From Octopus sinensis (taxonomy: Eukaryota): DNA of 64,000 bases. The DNA lies in assembly GCF_006345805.1 (NCBI RefSeq), contig NC_042998.1:197160001-197224000 (forward strand), read 5' to 3'. The notes under the pieces were generated by a model. That model worked only from the letters and a program-made list of their open reading frames with translations. It ran no database searches and was not told the DNA's origin. Position numbers and translations under genes: made by a program. Of the stretch, positions 38,701-53,187 are shown piece by piece (positions within the stretch are counted from its first letter, which is position 1; each line of letters opens with the position of its first letter).

Positions 38701-41700
38701 GTCTAAATATTGTCTAAATATTGTCTAAATATTGTCTAAATATTGTCTAAAAATATTGTCTAAATATTGTGTCTAAAAATATTGTCTAAATATTGTGTCC
38801 AAATATTGTCTAAAATATTGTGTCTAAATATTGTGAAAATATATTGTGTAAATATTGTCTAAAATATTGTGTCTAAATATTGTCTAAAATATTGTCTAAA
38901 AATATTGTCTAAATATTGTCTAAAATATTGTGTCTAAAATATTGTCTAAAATATTGTCTAAAATATTGTGTCTAAATATTGTCTAAATATTGTCTAAAAT
39001 ATTATGTCTAATATTGTCTAAAAATATGTCTAAATATTGTCTAAATATTGTGTCTAAATATTGTCTAAAATATTATGTCTAAATATTGTCTAAATATTGT
39101 CTAAATATTTGTCTAAAAATATTGTCTAAATATTGTGTCTAAAAATATTGTCTAAATATTGTGTCCAAATATTGTCTAAAATATTGTCTAAATATTGTGA
39201 AAATATATTGTCTAAATATTGTCTAAAATATTGTGTCTAAATATATTGTCTAAAATATTGTCTAAAATATTGTCTAAATATTGTCTGAAATATTGTGTCT
39301 AAAATATTGTCTAAAATATTGTGTCTAAATATTGTCTAAATATTGTCTAAAATATTATGTCTAAATATTGTCTAAATATTGTCTAAATGTTGTGTCTAAA
39401 AATATTGTCTAAATATTGTCTAAATATTGTGTCTAAATATTGTGAAAATATTGTCTAAATATTGTCTAAAATATTGTGTCTAAATATTGTGTCTAAAATA
39501 TTGTCTAAATATTGTCTAAATATTGTCTAAATATTGTGTCTGAATATTGTCTAAAATATTGTGTCTAAATATTGTCTAAATATTGTGTCTAAAATATTGT
39601 CTAAATTATTGTAAAAATATTGTCTAAATATTGTCTAAATATTGTGTCTAAAAATATTGTGTCTAAATATTGTGTCTAAATATTGTGTCTAAATATTGTC
39701 TAAAATATTATGTCTAAATATTGTCTAAATATTGTCTAAAAATATTGTCTAAATATCGTGTCCAAATATTGTCTAAAATATTGTCTAAATATTGTGAAAA
39801 TATATTGTCTAAATATTGTCTAAAATATTGTGTCTAAATATTGTCTAAAATATTGTCTAAAAATATTGTCTAAATATTGTCTAAAATATTGTCTAAAATA
39901 TTGTCTAAAATATTGTCTAAATATTGTCTAAATATTGTCTAAAATATTATGTCTAAATATTGTGTAAATATTGTCTAAATATTGTCTAAAAATATTGTCT
40001 AAATATTGTGTCTAAAAATATTGTCTAAATATTGTGTCCAAATATTGTCTAAAATATTGTGTCTAAATATTGTGAAAATATATTGTGTAAATATGTCTAA
40101 AATATTGTGTCTAAATATTGTCTAAATATTGTCTAAAAATATTGTCTAAATATTGTCTGAAATATTGTCTAAAATATTGTCTAAATATTGTCTAAATATT
40201 GTCTAAATATATTGTCTAAAATATTGTGTCTAAATATTGTGTCTAAAATATGTGTCTAAAATATTGTCTAAATATTGTGTCTAAATATTGTGTCTAAATA
40301 TTGTCTAAATATTGTCTAAATATTGTGTCTAAAATATTGTCTAAAATTATTGTCTAAATATTGTCTAAAAATATTGTCTAAATATTGTGTCCAAATATTG
40401 TCTAAAATATTGTGTCTAAATATTGTGAAAATATATTGTCTAAAAATATTGTCTAAATATTGTCTAAAATATTGTGTCTAAATATTGTCTAAAATATTGT
40501 CTAAAAATATTGTCTAAATATTGTCTAAAATATTGTGTCTAAAATATTGTGTCTAAAATATTGTCTAAATATTGTCTAAATATTGTGTTTAAATATTGTC
40601 TAAAATATTGTGTCTAAATATTGTGTCTAAAATATTGTCTAAATATTGTCTAAAAATATTGTGTCTAAAAATATTGTCTAAATATTGTGTCTAAATATTG
40701 TCTAAAATATTATGTCTAAATATTGTGTAAATATTGTCTAAATATTGTCTAAAAATATTGTCTAAATATTGTGTCTAAAAATATTGTCTAAATATTGTGT
40801 CCAAATATTGTCTAAAATATTGTGTCTAAATATTGTGAAAATATATTGTCTAAATATTTAGACACAATATATAGACACAATATTGTGTCTAAATATTGTC
40901 TAAAATATTGTCTAAAAATATTGTCTAAATATTGTCTAAAATATTGTGTCTAAAAAAATATCTCTAAATATTGTCTAAAATATTGTGTCTAAATATTGTC
41001 TAAATATTGTCTAAAATATTATGTCTAAATATTGTCTAAAAATATTGTCTAAATATTGTCTAAATATTGTGTCTAAAAATATTGTGTCTAAATATTGTGT
41101 CTAAATATTGTCTAAAATATTATGTCTAAAATATTGTCTAAATATTGTAATGTCTTAAAAATATTGTCTAAATATTGTGTCTAAATATTGTGTTGAAATA
41201 TATTGTCTAAATATTGTCTAAAATATTTGTCTAAAAATATTGTCTAAATATTGTCTAAAATATTGTGTCTAAAATATTGTCTAAATATTGTCTAAATATT
41301 GTCTAAAATATTATGTCTAAATATTGTCTAAATATTGTCTAAATATTGTCTAAATATTGTCTAAATATTGTCTAAAAATATTGTCTAAATATTGTGTCTA
41401 AAAATATTGTCTAAATATTGTGTCTAAATATTGTGTCTAAATATTGTCTAAATATTGTCTAAATATTGTGTCTAAAATATTGTCTAAAATTATTGTCTAA
41501 ATATTGTCTAAAAATATTGTCTAAATATTGTGTCCAAATATTGTCTAAAATATTGTGTCTAAATATTGTGAAAATATATTGTCTAAATATTGTCTAAAAT
41601 ATTGTGTCTAAATATTGTGTCTAAAATATTGTGTCTAAAATATTGTCTAAAATATTGTCTAAATATTGTCTAAATATTGTCTAAAAATATTGTCTAAATA

Positions 41701-44700
41701 TTGTGTCTAAAAATATTGTCTAAATATTGTGTCCAAATATTGTCTAAAATATTGTGTCTAAATATTGTGAAAATATATTGTCTAAATATTGTCTAAATAT
41801 TGTGTCTAAATATTGTCTAAAATATTGTCTAAATATTGTGTCTAAAAATATTGTCTAAAATTATTGTCGAAATATTGTCTAAAAATATTGTCTAAATATT
41901 GTCTAAATATTGTGTCTAAAAATATTGTGTCTAAATATTGTGTCTAAATATTGTGTCTAAATATTGTCTAAAATATTATGTCTAAATATTGTCTAAATAT
42001 TGTCTAAATATTGTCTAAAAATATTGTCTAAATATTGTCTAAAAATATTGTCTAAATATTGTGTCCAAATATTGTCTAAAATATTGTGTCTAAATATTGT
42101 GAAAATATATTGTGTAAATATTGTCTAATATTGTCTAAAAATATTGTCTAAATATTGTCTAAAATATTGTGTCTAAAATATTGTCTAAAATATTGTCTAA
42201 AATATTGTGTCTAAATATTGTCTAAATATTGTCTAAAATATTATGTCTAAATATTGTTAAAAATATTGTCTAAATATTGTCTAAATATTGTGTCTAAAAA
42301 TTGTGTCTAAATATTGTGTCTAAATATTGTCTAAAATATTATGTCTAAATATTGTCTAAATAGTGTCTAAAAATAATGTCTAAATATTGTCTAAAAATAT
42401 TGTCTAAATATTGTGTCCAAATATTGTCTAAAATATTGTCTAAATATTGTGAAGATATATTGTCTAAATATTGTCTAAAAATTGTGTCTAAATATTGTCT
42501 AAAATATTGTCTAAAAATATTGTCTAAATATTGTCTAAAATATTGTGTCTAAAATATTGTCTAAAATATTGTCTAAAATATTGTGTCTAATATATTGTCT
42601 AAATATTGTCTAAAATATTATGTCTAAATATTGTCTAAATATTGTCTAAATATTGTCTAAAAATATTGTCTAAATATTGTGTCTAAAATATTGTCTAAAT
42701 ATTGTGTCCAATATTGTAAAATATTGTGTCTAAATATTGTGAAAATATATTGTCTAAATATTGTCTAAATATTGTGTCTAAATATTGTGTCTAAAATATT
42801 GTGTCTAAAATATTGTCTAAAATATTGTCTAAATATTGTCTAAATATTGTCTGAATATTGTCTAAATATTGTGTCTAAAATTGTCTAAATATTGTGTCTA
42901 AAAATATTGTCTAAATTATTGTCTAAATATTGTCTAAAAATATTGTCTAAATATTGTCTAAATATTGTGTCTAAAAATATTGTGTCTAAATATTGTGTCT
43001 AAATATTGTCTAAAATATTATGTCTAAATATTGTCTAAATATTGTCTAAATATTGTCTAAATATTGTCTAAAAATATTGTCTAAATATTGTGTATAAAAA
43101 TATTGTCTAAATATTGTGTCCAAATATTGTCTAAAATATTGTGTCTAAATATTGTGAAAATATTTGTGTAAATATTGTCTAAAATATTGTGTCTAAATAT
43201 TGTCTAAATATTGTCTAAAATATTGTCTAAAATTGTCTAAAATATTGTGTCTAAAATATTGTCTAAAATATTGTCTAAAATATTGTGTCTAAATATTGTT
43301 CTAAATATTGTCTAAATATTATGTCTAAAATTGTCTAAAAATATTGTCTAAATATTGTCTAAATATTGTGTCTAAAAATATTGTCTAAATATTGTGTCTA
43401 AATATTGTGTCTAAATATTGTCTAAAATATTATGTCTAAATATTGTCTAAATATTGTCTAAATATTGTCTAAAAATATTGTCTAAATATTGTCTAAAAAT
43501 ATTGTCTAAATATTGTGTCCAAATATTGTCTAAAATATTGTGAAAATATATTGTCTAAATATTGTCTAAAATATTGTGTCTAAATATTGTGTCTAAAATA
43601 TTGTGTCTAAAATATTGTCTAAAATATTGTCTAAATATTGTCTAAAATATTGTCTAAATATTGTCTAAATAGTGTGTCTAAAAATATTGTCTAAAATTAT
43701 TGTCTAAATATTGTCTAAAAATATTGTCTAAATATTGTCTAAATATTGTGTCTAAAAATATTGTGTCTAAATATTGTGTCTAAATATTGTGTCTAAATAT
43801 TGTCTAAAATATTATGTCTAAATATTGTCTAAATATTGTCTAAATATTGTGTCTAAAAATATTGTGTCTAAATATTGTGTCTAAATATTGTCTAAAATAT
43901 TATGTCTAAATATTGTCTAAATATTGTCTAAAAATATTGTCTAAATATTGTCTAAAAATATTGTCTAAATATTGTGTCCAAATATTGTCTAAAATATTGT
44001 CTAAATATTGTGAAAATATATTGTCTAAATATTGTCTAAAATATTGTGTCTAAATATTGTGTCTAAAATATTGTGTCTAAAATATTGTCTAAAATATTGT
44101 CTAAATATTGTCTAAAATATTGTGTCTAAATATTGTCTAAATATTGTGTCTAAAAATATTGTCTAAAATTATTGTCTAAATATTGTCTAAAAATATTGTC
44201 TAAATATTGTCTAAATATTGTGTCTAAAAATATTGTGTCTAAATATTGTGTCTAAATATTCTGTCTAAATATTGTGTCTAAATATTGTCTAAAATATTAC
44301 GTCTAAATATTGTCTAAATATTGTCTAAATATTGTCTAAATATTGTCTAAAAATATTGTCTAAATATTGTGTCCAAATATTGTCTAAAATATTGTGTCTA
44401 AATATTGTGAAAATATATTGTGTAAATATTGTCTAAAATATTGTGTCTAAATATTGTCTAAAATATTGTCTAAAAATATTGTCTAAATATTGTCTAAAAT
44501 ATTGTGTCTAAAATATTGTCTAAAATATTGTCTAAAATATTGTGTCTAAATATTGTCTAAATATTGTCTAAAATATTATGTCTAAATATTGTCTAAAAAT
44601 ATTGTCTAAATATTGTCTAAATATTGTGTCTAAAAATATTGTGTCTAAATATTGTCTAAAATATTATGTCTAAATATTGTCTAAATATTGTCTAAATATT

Positions 44701-47700
44701 GTCTAAAAATATTGTCTAAATATTGTCTAAAAATATTGTCTAAATATTGTGTCCAAATATTGTCTAAAATATTGTCTAAATATTGTGAAAATATATTGTC
44801 TAAATATTGTCTAAAATATTGTGTCTAAATATTGTCTAAAATATTGTCTGAAAATATTGTCTAAATATTGTCTAAAATATTGTGTCTAAAATATTGTCTA
44901 AAATATTGTGTCTAAATATTGTCTAAATATTGTCTAAAATATTGTGTCTAAAATATTGTCTAAAATATTGTCTAAAATATTGTGTCTAAATATTGTCTAA
45001 ATATTGTCTAAATATTGTCTAAAATATTGTGTCTAAAATATTGTCTAAAATATTGTGTCTAAATATTGTCTAAATATTGTCTAAAATATTGTGTCTAAAA
45101 TATTGTCTAAAATATTGTCTAAAATATTATGTCTAAATATTGTCTAAATATTGTCTAAATATTGTCTAAAAATATTGTCTAAATATCGTGTCTAAAAATA
45201 TTGTCTAAATATTGTGTCCAAATATTGTCTAAAATTGTGTCTAAATATTGTGAAATATATTGTCTAAAAATATTGTCTAAAATTTGTGTCTAAATATTGT
45301 CTAAAATATTGTCTAAAAATATTGTCTAAATATTGTCTAAAATATTGTGTCTAAAATATTGTCTAAAATATTGTCTAAAATATTGTCTAAAATATTGTGT
45401 CTAAATATTGTCTAAATATTGTCTAAAATATTATGTCTAAATATTGTCTAAATATTGTCTAAATATTGTCTAAAAATATTGTCTAAATATTGTGTCTAAA
45501 AATATTGTCTAAATATTGTGTCCAAATATTGTCTAAAATATTGTGTCTAAATATTGTGAAAATATATTGTCTAAATATTGTCTAAAATATTGTGTCTAAA
45601 TATTGTGTCTAAAATATTGTGTCTAAAATATTGTCTAAAATATTGTCTAAATATTGTCTAAATATTGTGTCTGAATATTGTCTAAAATATTGTGTCTAAA
45701 TATTGTCTAAATATTGTGTCTAAAAATATTGTCTAAAATTATTGTCTAAATATTGTCTAAAAATATTGTCTAAATATTGTCTAAATATTGTGTCTAAAAA
45801 TATTGTGTCTAAATATTGTGTCTAAATATTGTGTCTAAATATTGTGTCTAAATATTGTCTAAAATATTATGTCTAAATATTGTCTCAATATTGTCTAAAT
45901 ATTGTCTAAAAATATTGTCTAAATATTGTGTCTAAAAATATTGTCTAAATATTGTGTCCAAATATTGTCTAAAATATTATGTCTAAATATTGTGAAAATA
46001 TATTGTGTAAATATTGTCTAAAATATTGTCTAAAAATATTGTCTAAATATTGTCTAAAATATTGTGTCTAAAATATTGTCTAAAATATTGTGTCTAAATA
46101 TTGTCTAAATATTGTCTAAAATATTATGTCTAAATATTGTCTAAAAATATTGTCTAAATATTGTCTAAATATTGTGTCTAAATATTGTGTCTAAATATTG
46201 TCTAAAATATTATGTCTAAATATTGTCTAAATATTGTCTAAATATTGTCTAAATATTGTCTAAAAATATTGTCTAAAAATATTGTCTAAATATTGTCTAA
46301 AAATATTGTCTAAATATTGTGTCCAAATATTGTCTAAAATATTGTCTAAATATTGTGAAAATATATTGTCTAAATATTGTCTAAAATATTGTGTCTAAAT
46401 ATTGTCTAAAATATTGTCTAAAAATATTGTCTAAATATTGTCTAAAATATTGTCTAAAATATTGTCTAAAATATTGTGTCTAAATATTGTCTAAATATTG
46501 TCTAAAATATTATGTCTAAATATTGTCTAAATATTGTCTAATAAATATTGTCTAAAATATTGTCTAAATATTGTGTCTAAAATATTGTCTAAATATTGTG
46601 TCCAAATATGTCTAAAATATTGTGTCTAAATATTGTGAAAATATATTGTCTAAATATTGTCTAAAATATTGTGTCTAAATATTGTGTCTAAATATTGTGT
46701 CTAAATATTGTCTAATATTGTCTAAATATTGTCTAAATATTGTGTCTGAAATATTGTCTAAAATATTGTCTAAATATTGTCTAAATATTGTGTCTAAAAT
46801 ATTGTCTAAAATATTGTCTAAAAATATTGTCTAAATATTGTCTAAATATTGTGTCTAAAAATATTGTGTCTAAATATTGTGTCTAAATATTGTGTCTAAA
46901 TATTGTCTAAAATATTATGTCTAAATATTGTCTAAATATTGTCTAAATATTGTCTAAATATTGTCTAAAAATATTGTCTAAATATTGTGTCTAAAAATAT
47001 TGTCTAAATATTGTGTCCAAATATTGTCTAAAATATTGTGTCTAAATATTGTGAAAATATATTGTGTAAATATTGTCTAAAATATTGTGTCTAAATATTG
47101 TCTAAAATATTGTCTAAAAATATTGTCTAAATATTGTCTAAAATATTGTCTCTAAAATATTGTCTAAAATATTGTGTCTAAATATTGTCTAAATATTGTC
47201 TAAAATATTATGTCTAAATATTGTCTAAAAATATTGTCTAAATATTGTCTAAATATTCTGTCTAAAAATATTGTGTCTAAATATTGTGTCTAAATATTGT
47301 GTCTAAATATTGTCTAAAATATTATGTCTAAATATTGTCTAAATTTTGTCTAAAAATATTGTCTAAATATTGTCTAAAAATATTGTCTAAATATTGTGTC
47401 CAAATATTGTCTAAAATATTGTCTAAATATTGTGAAAATATATTGTCTAAATATTGTCTAAAATATTGTGTCTAAATATTGTCTAAAATATTGTGTCTAA
47501 AATATTGTCTAAAATATTGTCTAAATATTGTCTAAATATTGTGTCTGAATATTGTCTAAAATATTGTGTCTAAATATTGTCTAAATATTGTCTAAAAATA
47601 TTGTCTAAATATTGTGTCTAAAAATATTGTCTAAATATTGTGTCCAAATATTGTCTAAAATATTGTGTCTAAATATTGTGAAAATATATTGTCTAAATAT

Positions 47701-50700
47701 TGTCTAAAATATTGTGTCTAAATATTGTGTCTAAATATTGTGTCTAAAATATTGTCTAAAAATATTGTCTAAATATTGTCTAAATATTGTGTCTAAATAT
47801 TGTCTAAAATATTGTGTCTAAATATTGTCTAAATATTGTGTCTAAAATATTGTCTAAATTATTGTCTAAATATTGTCTAAAAATATTGTCTAAATATTGT
47901 CTAAATATGTGTCTAAAAATATTGTGTCTAAATATTGTGTCTAAATATTGTCTAAAATATTATGTCTAAATATTGTCTAAATATTGTCTAAATATTGTCT
48001 AAATATTGTCTAAAATATTGTCTAAATATTGTGTCTAAAAATATTGTCTAAATATTGTGTCCAAATATTGTCTAAATATTGTGTCTAAATATTGTGAAAT
48101 ATATTGTGTAAATATTGTCTAAAAATTGTGTCTAAATATTGTCTAAATATTGTCTAAAATATGTCTAAATATTGTCTAAAATATTGTGTCTAAATATTGT
48201 CTAAAATATTGTCTAAATATTGTGTCTAAATATTGTCTAAATATTGTCTAAAATATTGTCTAAATATTGTCTAAAAATATTGTCTACATATTGTCTAAAT
48301 ATTGTGTCTAAAAATATTGTGTCTAAATATTGTGTCTAAATATTGTCTAAAATATTATGTCTAAATATTGTCTAAATATTGTCTAAATATTGTCTAAAAA
48401 TATTGTCTAAATATTGTCTAAAAATATTGTCTAAATATTGTGTCAAAATATTGTCTAAAATATTGTCTAAATATTGTGAAAATATATTGTCTAAATATTG
48501 TCTAAAATATTGTGTCTAAATATTGTCTAAAATATTGTCTAAAAATATTGTCTAAATATTGTCTAAAATATTGTGTCTAAAATATTGTCTAAATATTGTG
48601 TCTAAATATTGTCTAAATATTGTCAAAATATTGTGTCTAAATATTGTCTAAAATATTGTCTAAAATATTGTGTCTAAATATTGTCTAAATATTGTCTAAA
48701 ATATTGTCTAAATATTGTCTAAATATTGTCTAAATATTGTCTAAATATTGTCTAAAAATATTGTCTAAATATTGTGTCTAAAACATTGTCTAAATATTGT
48801 GTCCAAATATTGTCTAAAATATGTGTCTAAATATTGTCTAAAATATTGTCTAAAAATATTGTCTAAATATTGTCTAAAATTTGTCTAAATATTGTCTAAA
48901 TATTGTCTAAATATTGTCTAAATATTGTCTAAAATATTGTGTCTAAATATTGTGTCTAAATATTGTGTCTAAAATATTGTCTAAATATTGTCTAAATATT
49001 GTGTCTAAATATTGTCTAAATATTGTCTAAATATTGTGTCTAAAATATTGTCTAAAATTATTGTCTAAATATTGTCTAAAAATATTGTGTCTAAAAATAT
49101 TGTCTAAATATTGTGTCTAAATATTGTCTGAAATATTATGTCTAAATATTGTCTAAATATTGTCTAAATATTGTCTAAATATTGTGTCTAAATATTGTGA
49201 AAATATATTGTCTAAAAATATTGTCTAAATATTGTCTAAAATATTGTGTCTAAATATTGTCTAAAATATTGTCTAAAAATATTGTCTAAATATTGTCTAA
49301 AATATTGTGTCTAAAATATTGTCTAAATATTGTCTAAATATTGTGTCTAAATATTGTCTAAAATATTGTGTCTAAATATTGTGTCTAAAATATTGTCTAA
49401 ATATTGTCTAAATATTGTCTAAAAATATTGTGTCTAAAAATATTGTCTAAATATTGTCTAAATATTGTCTAAAATTTATGTCTAAATATTGTCTAAATAT
49501 TGTCTAAATATTGTGTCTAAAATATTGTCTAAATATTGTGTCTAAAATATTGTCTAAATATTGTGTCCAAATATTGTCTAAATATTGTCTAAATATTGTG
49601 AAAATATATTGTGTCTAAATATTGTCTAAAATATTGTCTAAATATTGTCTAAAATATTGTCTTAAAATATTGTCTAAAATATTGTCTAAATATTGTCTAA
49701 AATATTGTGTCTAAAATATTGTCTAAAATATTGTCTAAAATATTGTGTCTAAATATTGTCTAAATATTGTCTAAAAATATTGTCTAAAAATATTGTCTTA
49801 ATATTGTGTCCAAATATTGTCTAAAAATATTGTCTAAATATTGTGAAAATATTTGTCTAAATATTGTCTAAATATTGTGTCTAAATTTAAATGTGTCTAA
49901 AATATTGTGTCTAAAATATGTGTCTAAATATTGTCTAAATATTGTGTCTAAATATTGTCTAAAATATTGTGTCTAAAAATATTGTCTAAAATTATTGTCT
50001 AAATATTGTCTAAAAATATTGTCTAAAATATTGTGTCTAAATATTGTCTAAATATTGTCTAAAATATTATGTCTAAATATTGTCTAAAAATATTGTCTAA
50101 ATATTGTCTAAATATTGTCTAAAAATATTGTCTAAATATTGTGTCTAAAAATATTGTCTAAATATTGTGTCCAAATATTGTCTAAAATATTGTGTCTAAA
50201 TATTGTCTAAAATATTGTCTAAAAATATTGTCTAAATATTGTCTAAAATATTGTCTAAAATATTGTCTAAATATTGTCTAAATATTGTCTAAATATTGTC
50301 TAACTAAAATATTGGTCTAAATATTGTGTCTAAAATATTGTGTCTAAAATATTGTCTAAATATTGTCTAAATATTGTGTCTAAATATTGTCTAAATATTG
50401 TGTAAATATTGTGTCTAAAATATTGTCTAAATATTGTCTAAATATTGTCTAAATATTGTCTAAATATTGTGTCCAAATATTGTCTAAAATATTGTGTCTA
50501 AATATTGTGAAAATATATTGTCTAAAAAATTGTCTAAATATTGTCTAAAATATTGTGTCTAAATATTGTCTAAAATATTGTCTAAAAATATTGTCTAAAT
50601 ATTGTCTAAATATTGTGTCTAAATATTGTGTCTAAAATATTGTGTCTAAATATTGTCTAAATATTGTCTAAATATTGTCTAAAATATTGTGTCTAAATAT

Positions 50701-53145
50701 TGTGTCTAAAATATTGTCTAAATATTGTCTAAATATTGTCTAAAAATATTGTGTCTAAAAATATTGTCTAAATATTGTGTCTAAATATTGTCTAAAATAT
50801 TATGTCTAAATATTGTCTTAATATTGTCTAAATATTGTGTCTAAAAATATTGTCTAAATATTGTGTCCAAATATTGTCTAAAATATTGTCTAAATATTGT
50901 GAAAATATATTGTCTAAATATTGTCTAAAATATTGTCTAAATATTGTCTAAAATATTGTCTTAAAATATTGTCTAAAAATATTGTCTAAATATTATCTAA
51001 AATATTGTGTCTAAAATATTGTCTAAAATATTGTCTAAAATATTGTGTCTAAGTATTGTCTAAATATTCTCTAAAATATTATGTCTAAATATTGTCTAAA
51101 TATTGTCTAAATATTGTCTAATATTGTGTCTAAAAATATTGTCTAAATATTGTGTCCAAATATTGTCTAAAATATTGTGTCTAAATATTGTGAAAATATA
51201 TTGTCTAAATATATTGTCTAAAATATTGTGTCTAAATATTGTGTCTAAAATATTGTGTCTAAAATATTGTCTAAATATTGTCTAAATATTGTGTCTAAAT
51301 ATTGTCTAAAATATTGTGTCAAAATATTGTGTCTAAAATATTGTCTAAATATTGTCTAAATATTGTGTCTAAAAATATTGTCTAAAATTATTGTCTAAAT
51401 ATTGTCTAAAAATATTGTCTAAATATTGTCTAAATATTGTGTCTAAAAATATTGTGTCTAAATATTGTGTCCAAATATTGTCTAAAATATTGTGTCTAAA
51501 TATTGTGTCTAAATATTGTGTCTAAATATATTGTGTTTAAAAATATTGTCTAAAATATTGTGTCTAAATATTTGTCTAAAATATTGTCTAAAATATTGTC
51601 TAAAATATTGTGTCTAAATATTGTCTAAAATATTATGTCTCAATATTGTCTAAATATTGTCTAAATATTGTCTATTGTCTAAATATTGTCTAAAAATATT
51701 GTCTAAATATTGTCTAAAAATATTGTCTAAATATTGTCTAAAATATTGTGTCTAAAATATTGTGTCTAAAATATTGTGTCTAAAAATATTGTCTAAAAAT
51801 ATTGTCTAAATATCGTGTCTAAAAATATTGTGTCTAAAAATATTGTGTCTAAATATTGTCTAAAAATATTGTCTAAATTATTGTGTCTTAAATGATTGTC
51901 TAAAAATATTGTCTAAATATTGTGTCTAAAATATTGTGTCTAAAAATATTGTCTAAATATCGTGTCTAAAAATATTGTGTCTAAATATTGTGTCTAAATA
52001 TTGTGTCTAAACTATTGTGTCTAAATTATTGTGTCTAAAAATATTGTCTAAAAATATTGTCTAAAATATTGTGTCTAAATATTGTCTAAAAATAGTGTCT
52101 AAATATTGTCTAAAAATATTGTCTAAATATTGTCTAAAATATTGTGTCTAAATATTGTCTAAAAATATTGTCTAAAAATATTGTGTCTAAAAATATTGTC
52201 TAAATATTGTCTAAATATTGTGTCTAAATATTGTGTCTAAAATATTATGTATATTGTGTCTAAAATATTGTGTCTATTGTGTCTAAATATTGTGTCTAAA
52301 AATATTGTCTAAATATTGTCTAAATATTTTGTCTAAAATTTTGTGTCTAAAATATTGTCTATTGTGTCTAAATATTGTCTAAATATTGTCTAAAATATTG
52401 TCTATTGTGTCTAAATATTGCGTCTAAAAATATTGTGTCTAAATATTGTGTCTAAATATTGTGTCTAAATATTGTCTAAAAATATTGTGTCAAATATTTT
52501 GTCTAAAAATATTGTCTAAAATATTGTGTCTAAATATTGTGTCTAAAATATTGTGTCTATTGTGTCTAAAATATTGTGTCTATTGTATCTAAATATTGTC
52601 TAAAAATTTTGTGTAAATATTGTCTAAATATTGTGTCTAAATATTGTCTAAATATTGTCTAAATATTGTGTCTAAAATATTGTGTCTATTGTGTGTAAAT
52701 ATTGTGTCTAAAAATATTGTGTCTAAATATTGTCTAAATATTGTCTAAAAATATTGTGTCTAAATATTGTGTCTAAAAATATTGTCTAAATATTGTCTAA
52801 AATATTGTGTCTAAATATTGTGTCTAAATATTGTGTCTGAAAACATTGTCTAAATATTGTCTAAATATTGTCTAAAATATTGTGTGTAAATATTGTGCTC
52901 AGTTAATGTGCTCTTCTTCTTACTCTTTCTGTTGTATCTCTTGAAACTGTAAAATGGAAAACCCTCTCCATACTGCAACTTCAAAATTATCAATACCTGT
53001 GTGTCTTCCATAGAAATGTTGCCCTACCTTTGCAGATGCTCGAGCCGCACATCAACTGTGTTGACTAATAGTAATGTTTAAGGTTGGCGAATGTTTATGG
53101 GTATCAACCTTACTATTAACATTATTCTATTGTCTTTATTTACAG

Positions 53146-53187
53146 AGGCAGGGCCAGAAACAACTGAAGAAGATGAAACAGATTCAG
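53146..53187 (+). CDS. Short acidic coding exon ((E)AGPETTEEDETDS), module type X
   Basis: Acceptor tgtctttatttacAG and donor GTATAT at 53188. 42 nt, symmetric phase 1-1. Flanks resemble those of exon 56968. Confidence 0.7.

Larger units (their letters stand above)
18484..52897. repeat. ~34.4-kb AT-rich simple satellite; monomers TATTGTCTAAA, TATTGTCTAAAA(A) and TATTGTGTCTAAA(AA), 11-15 bp
   Basis: Directly visible continuous array with sharp edges (…ctaaccat/aatattgtc and …tattgtg/ctcagtt). It is interrupted only by two SINE copies and a 26-bp inversion. Confidence 0.99.

Noticed and set aside
51103-51285. 60-aa ORF in the satellite
   Set aside because: Chance stop-free frame in simple repeat.
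18484-52897. Telomeric or centromeric identity, or phased A-tract bending, for the satellite
   Set aside because: The monomer is not a known telomere repeat, it lies between in-frame exons, and the 11-15-bp spacing is irregular and longer than the helical repeat. Nothing in the sequence supports such a role.
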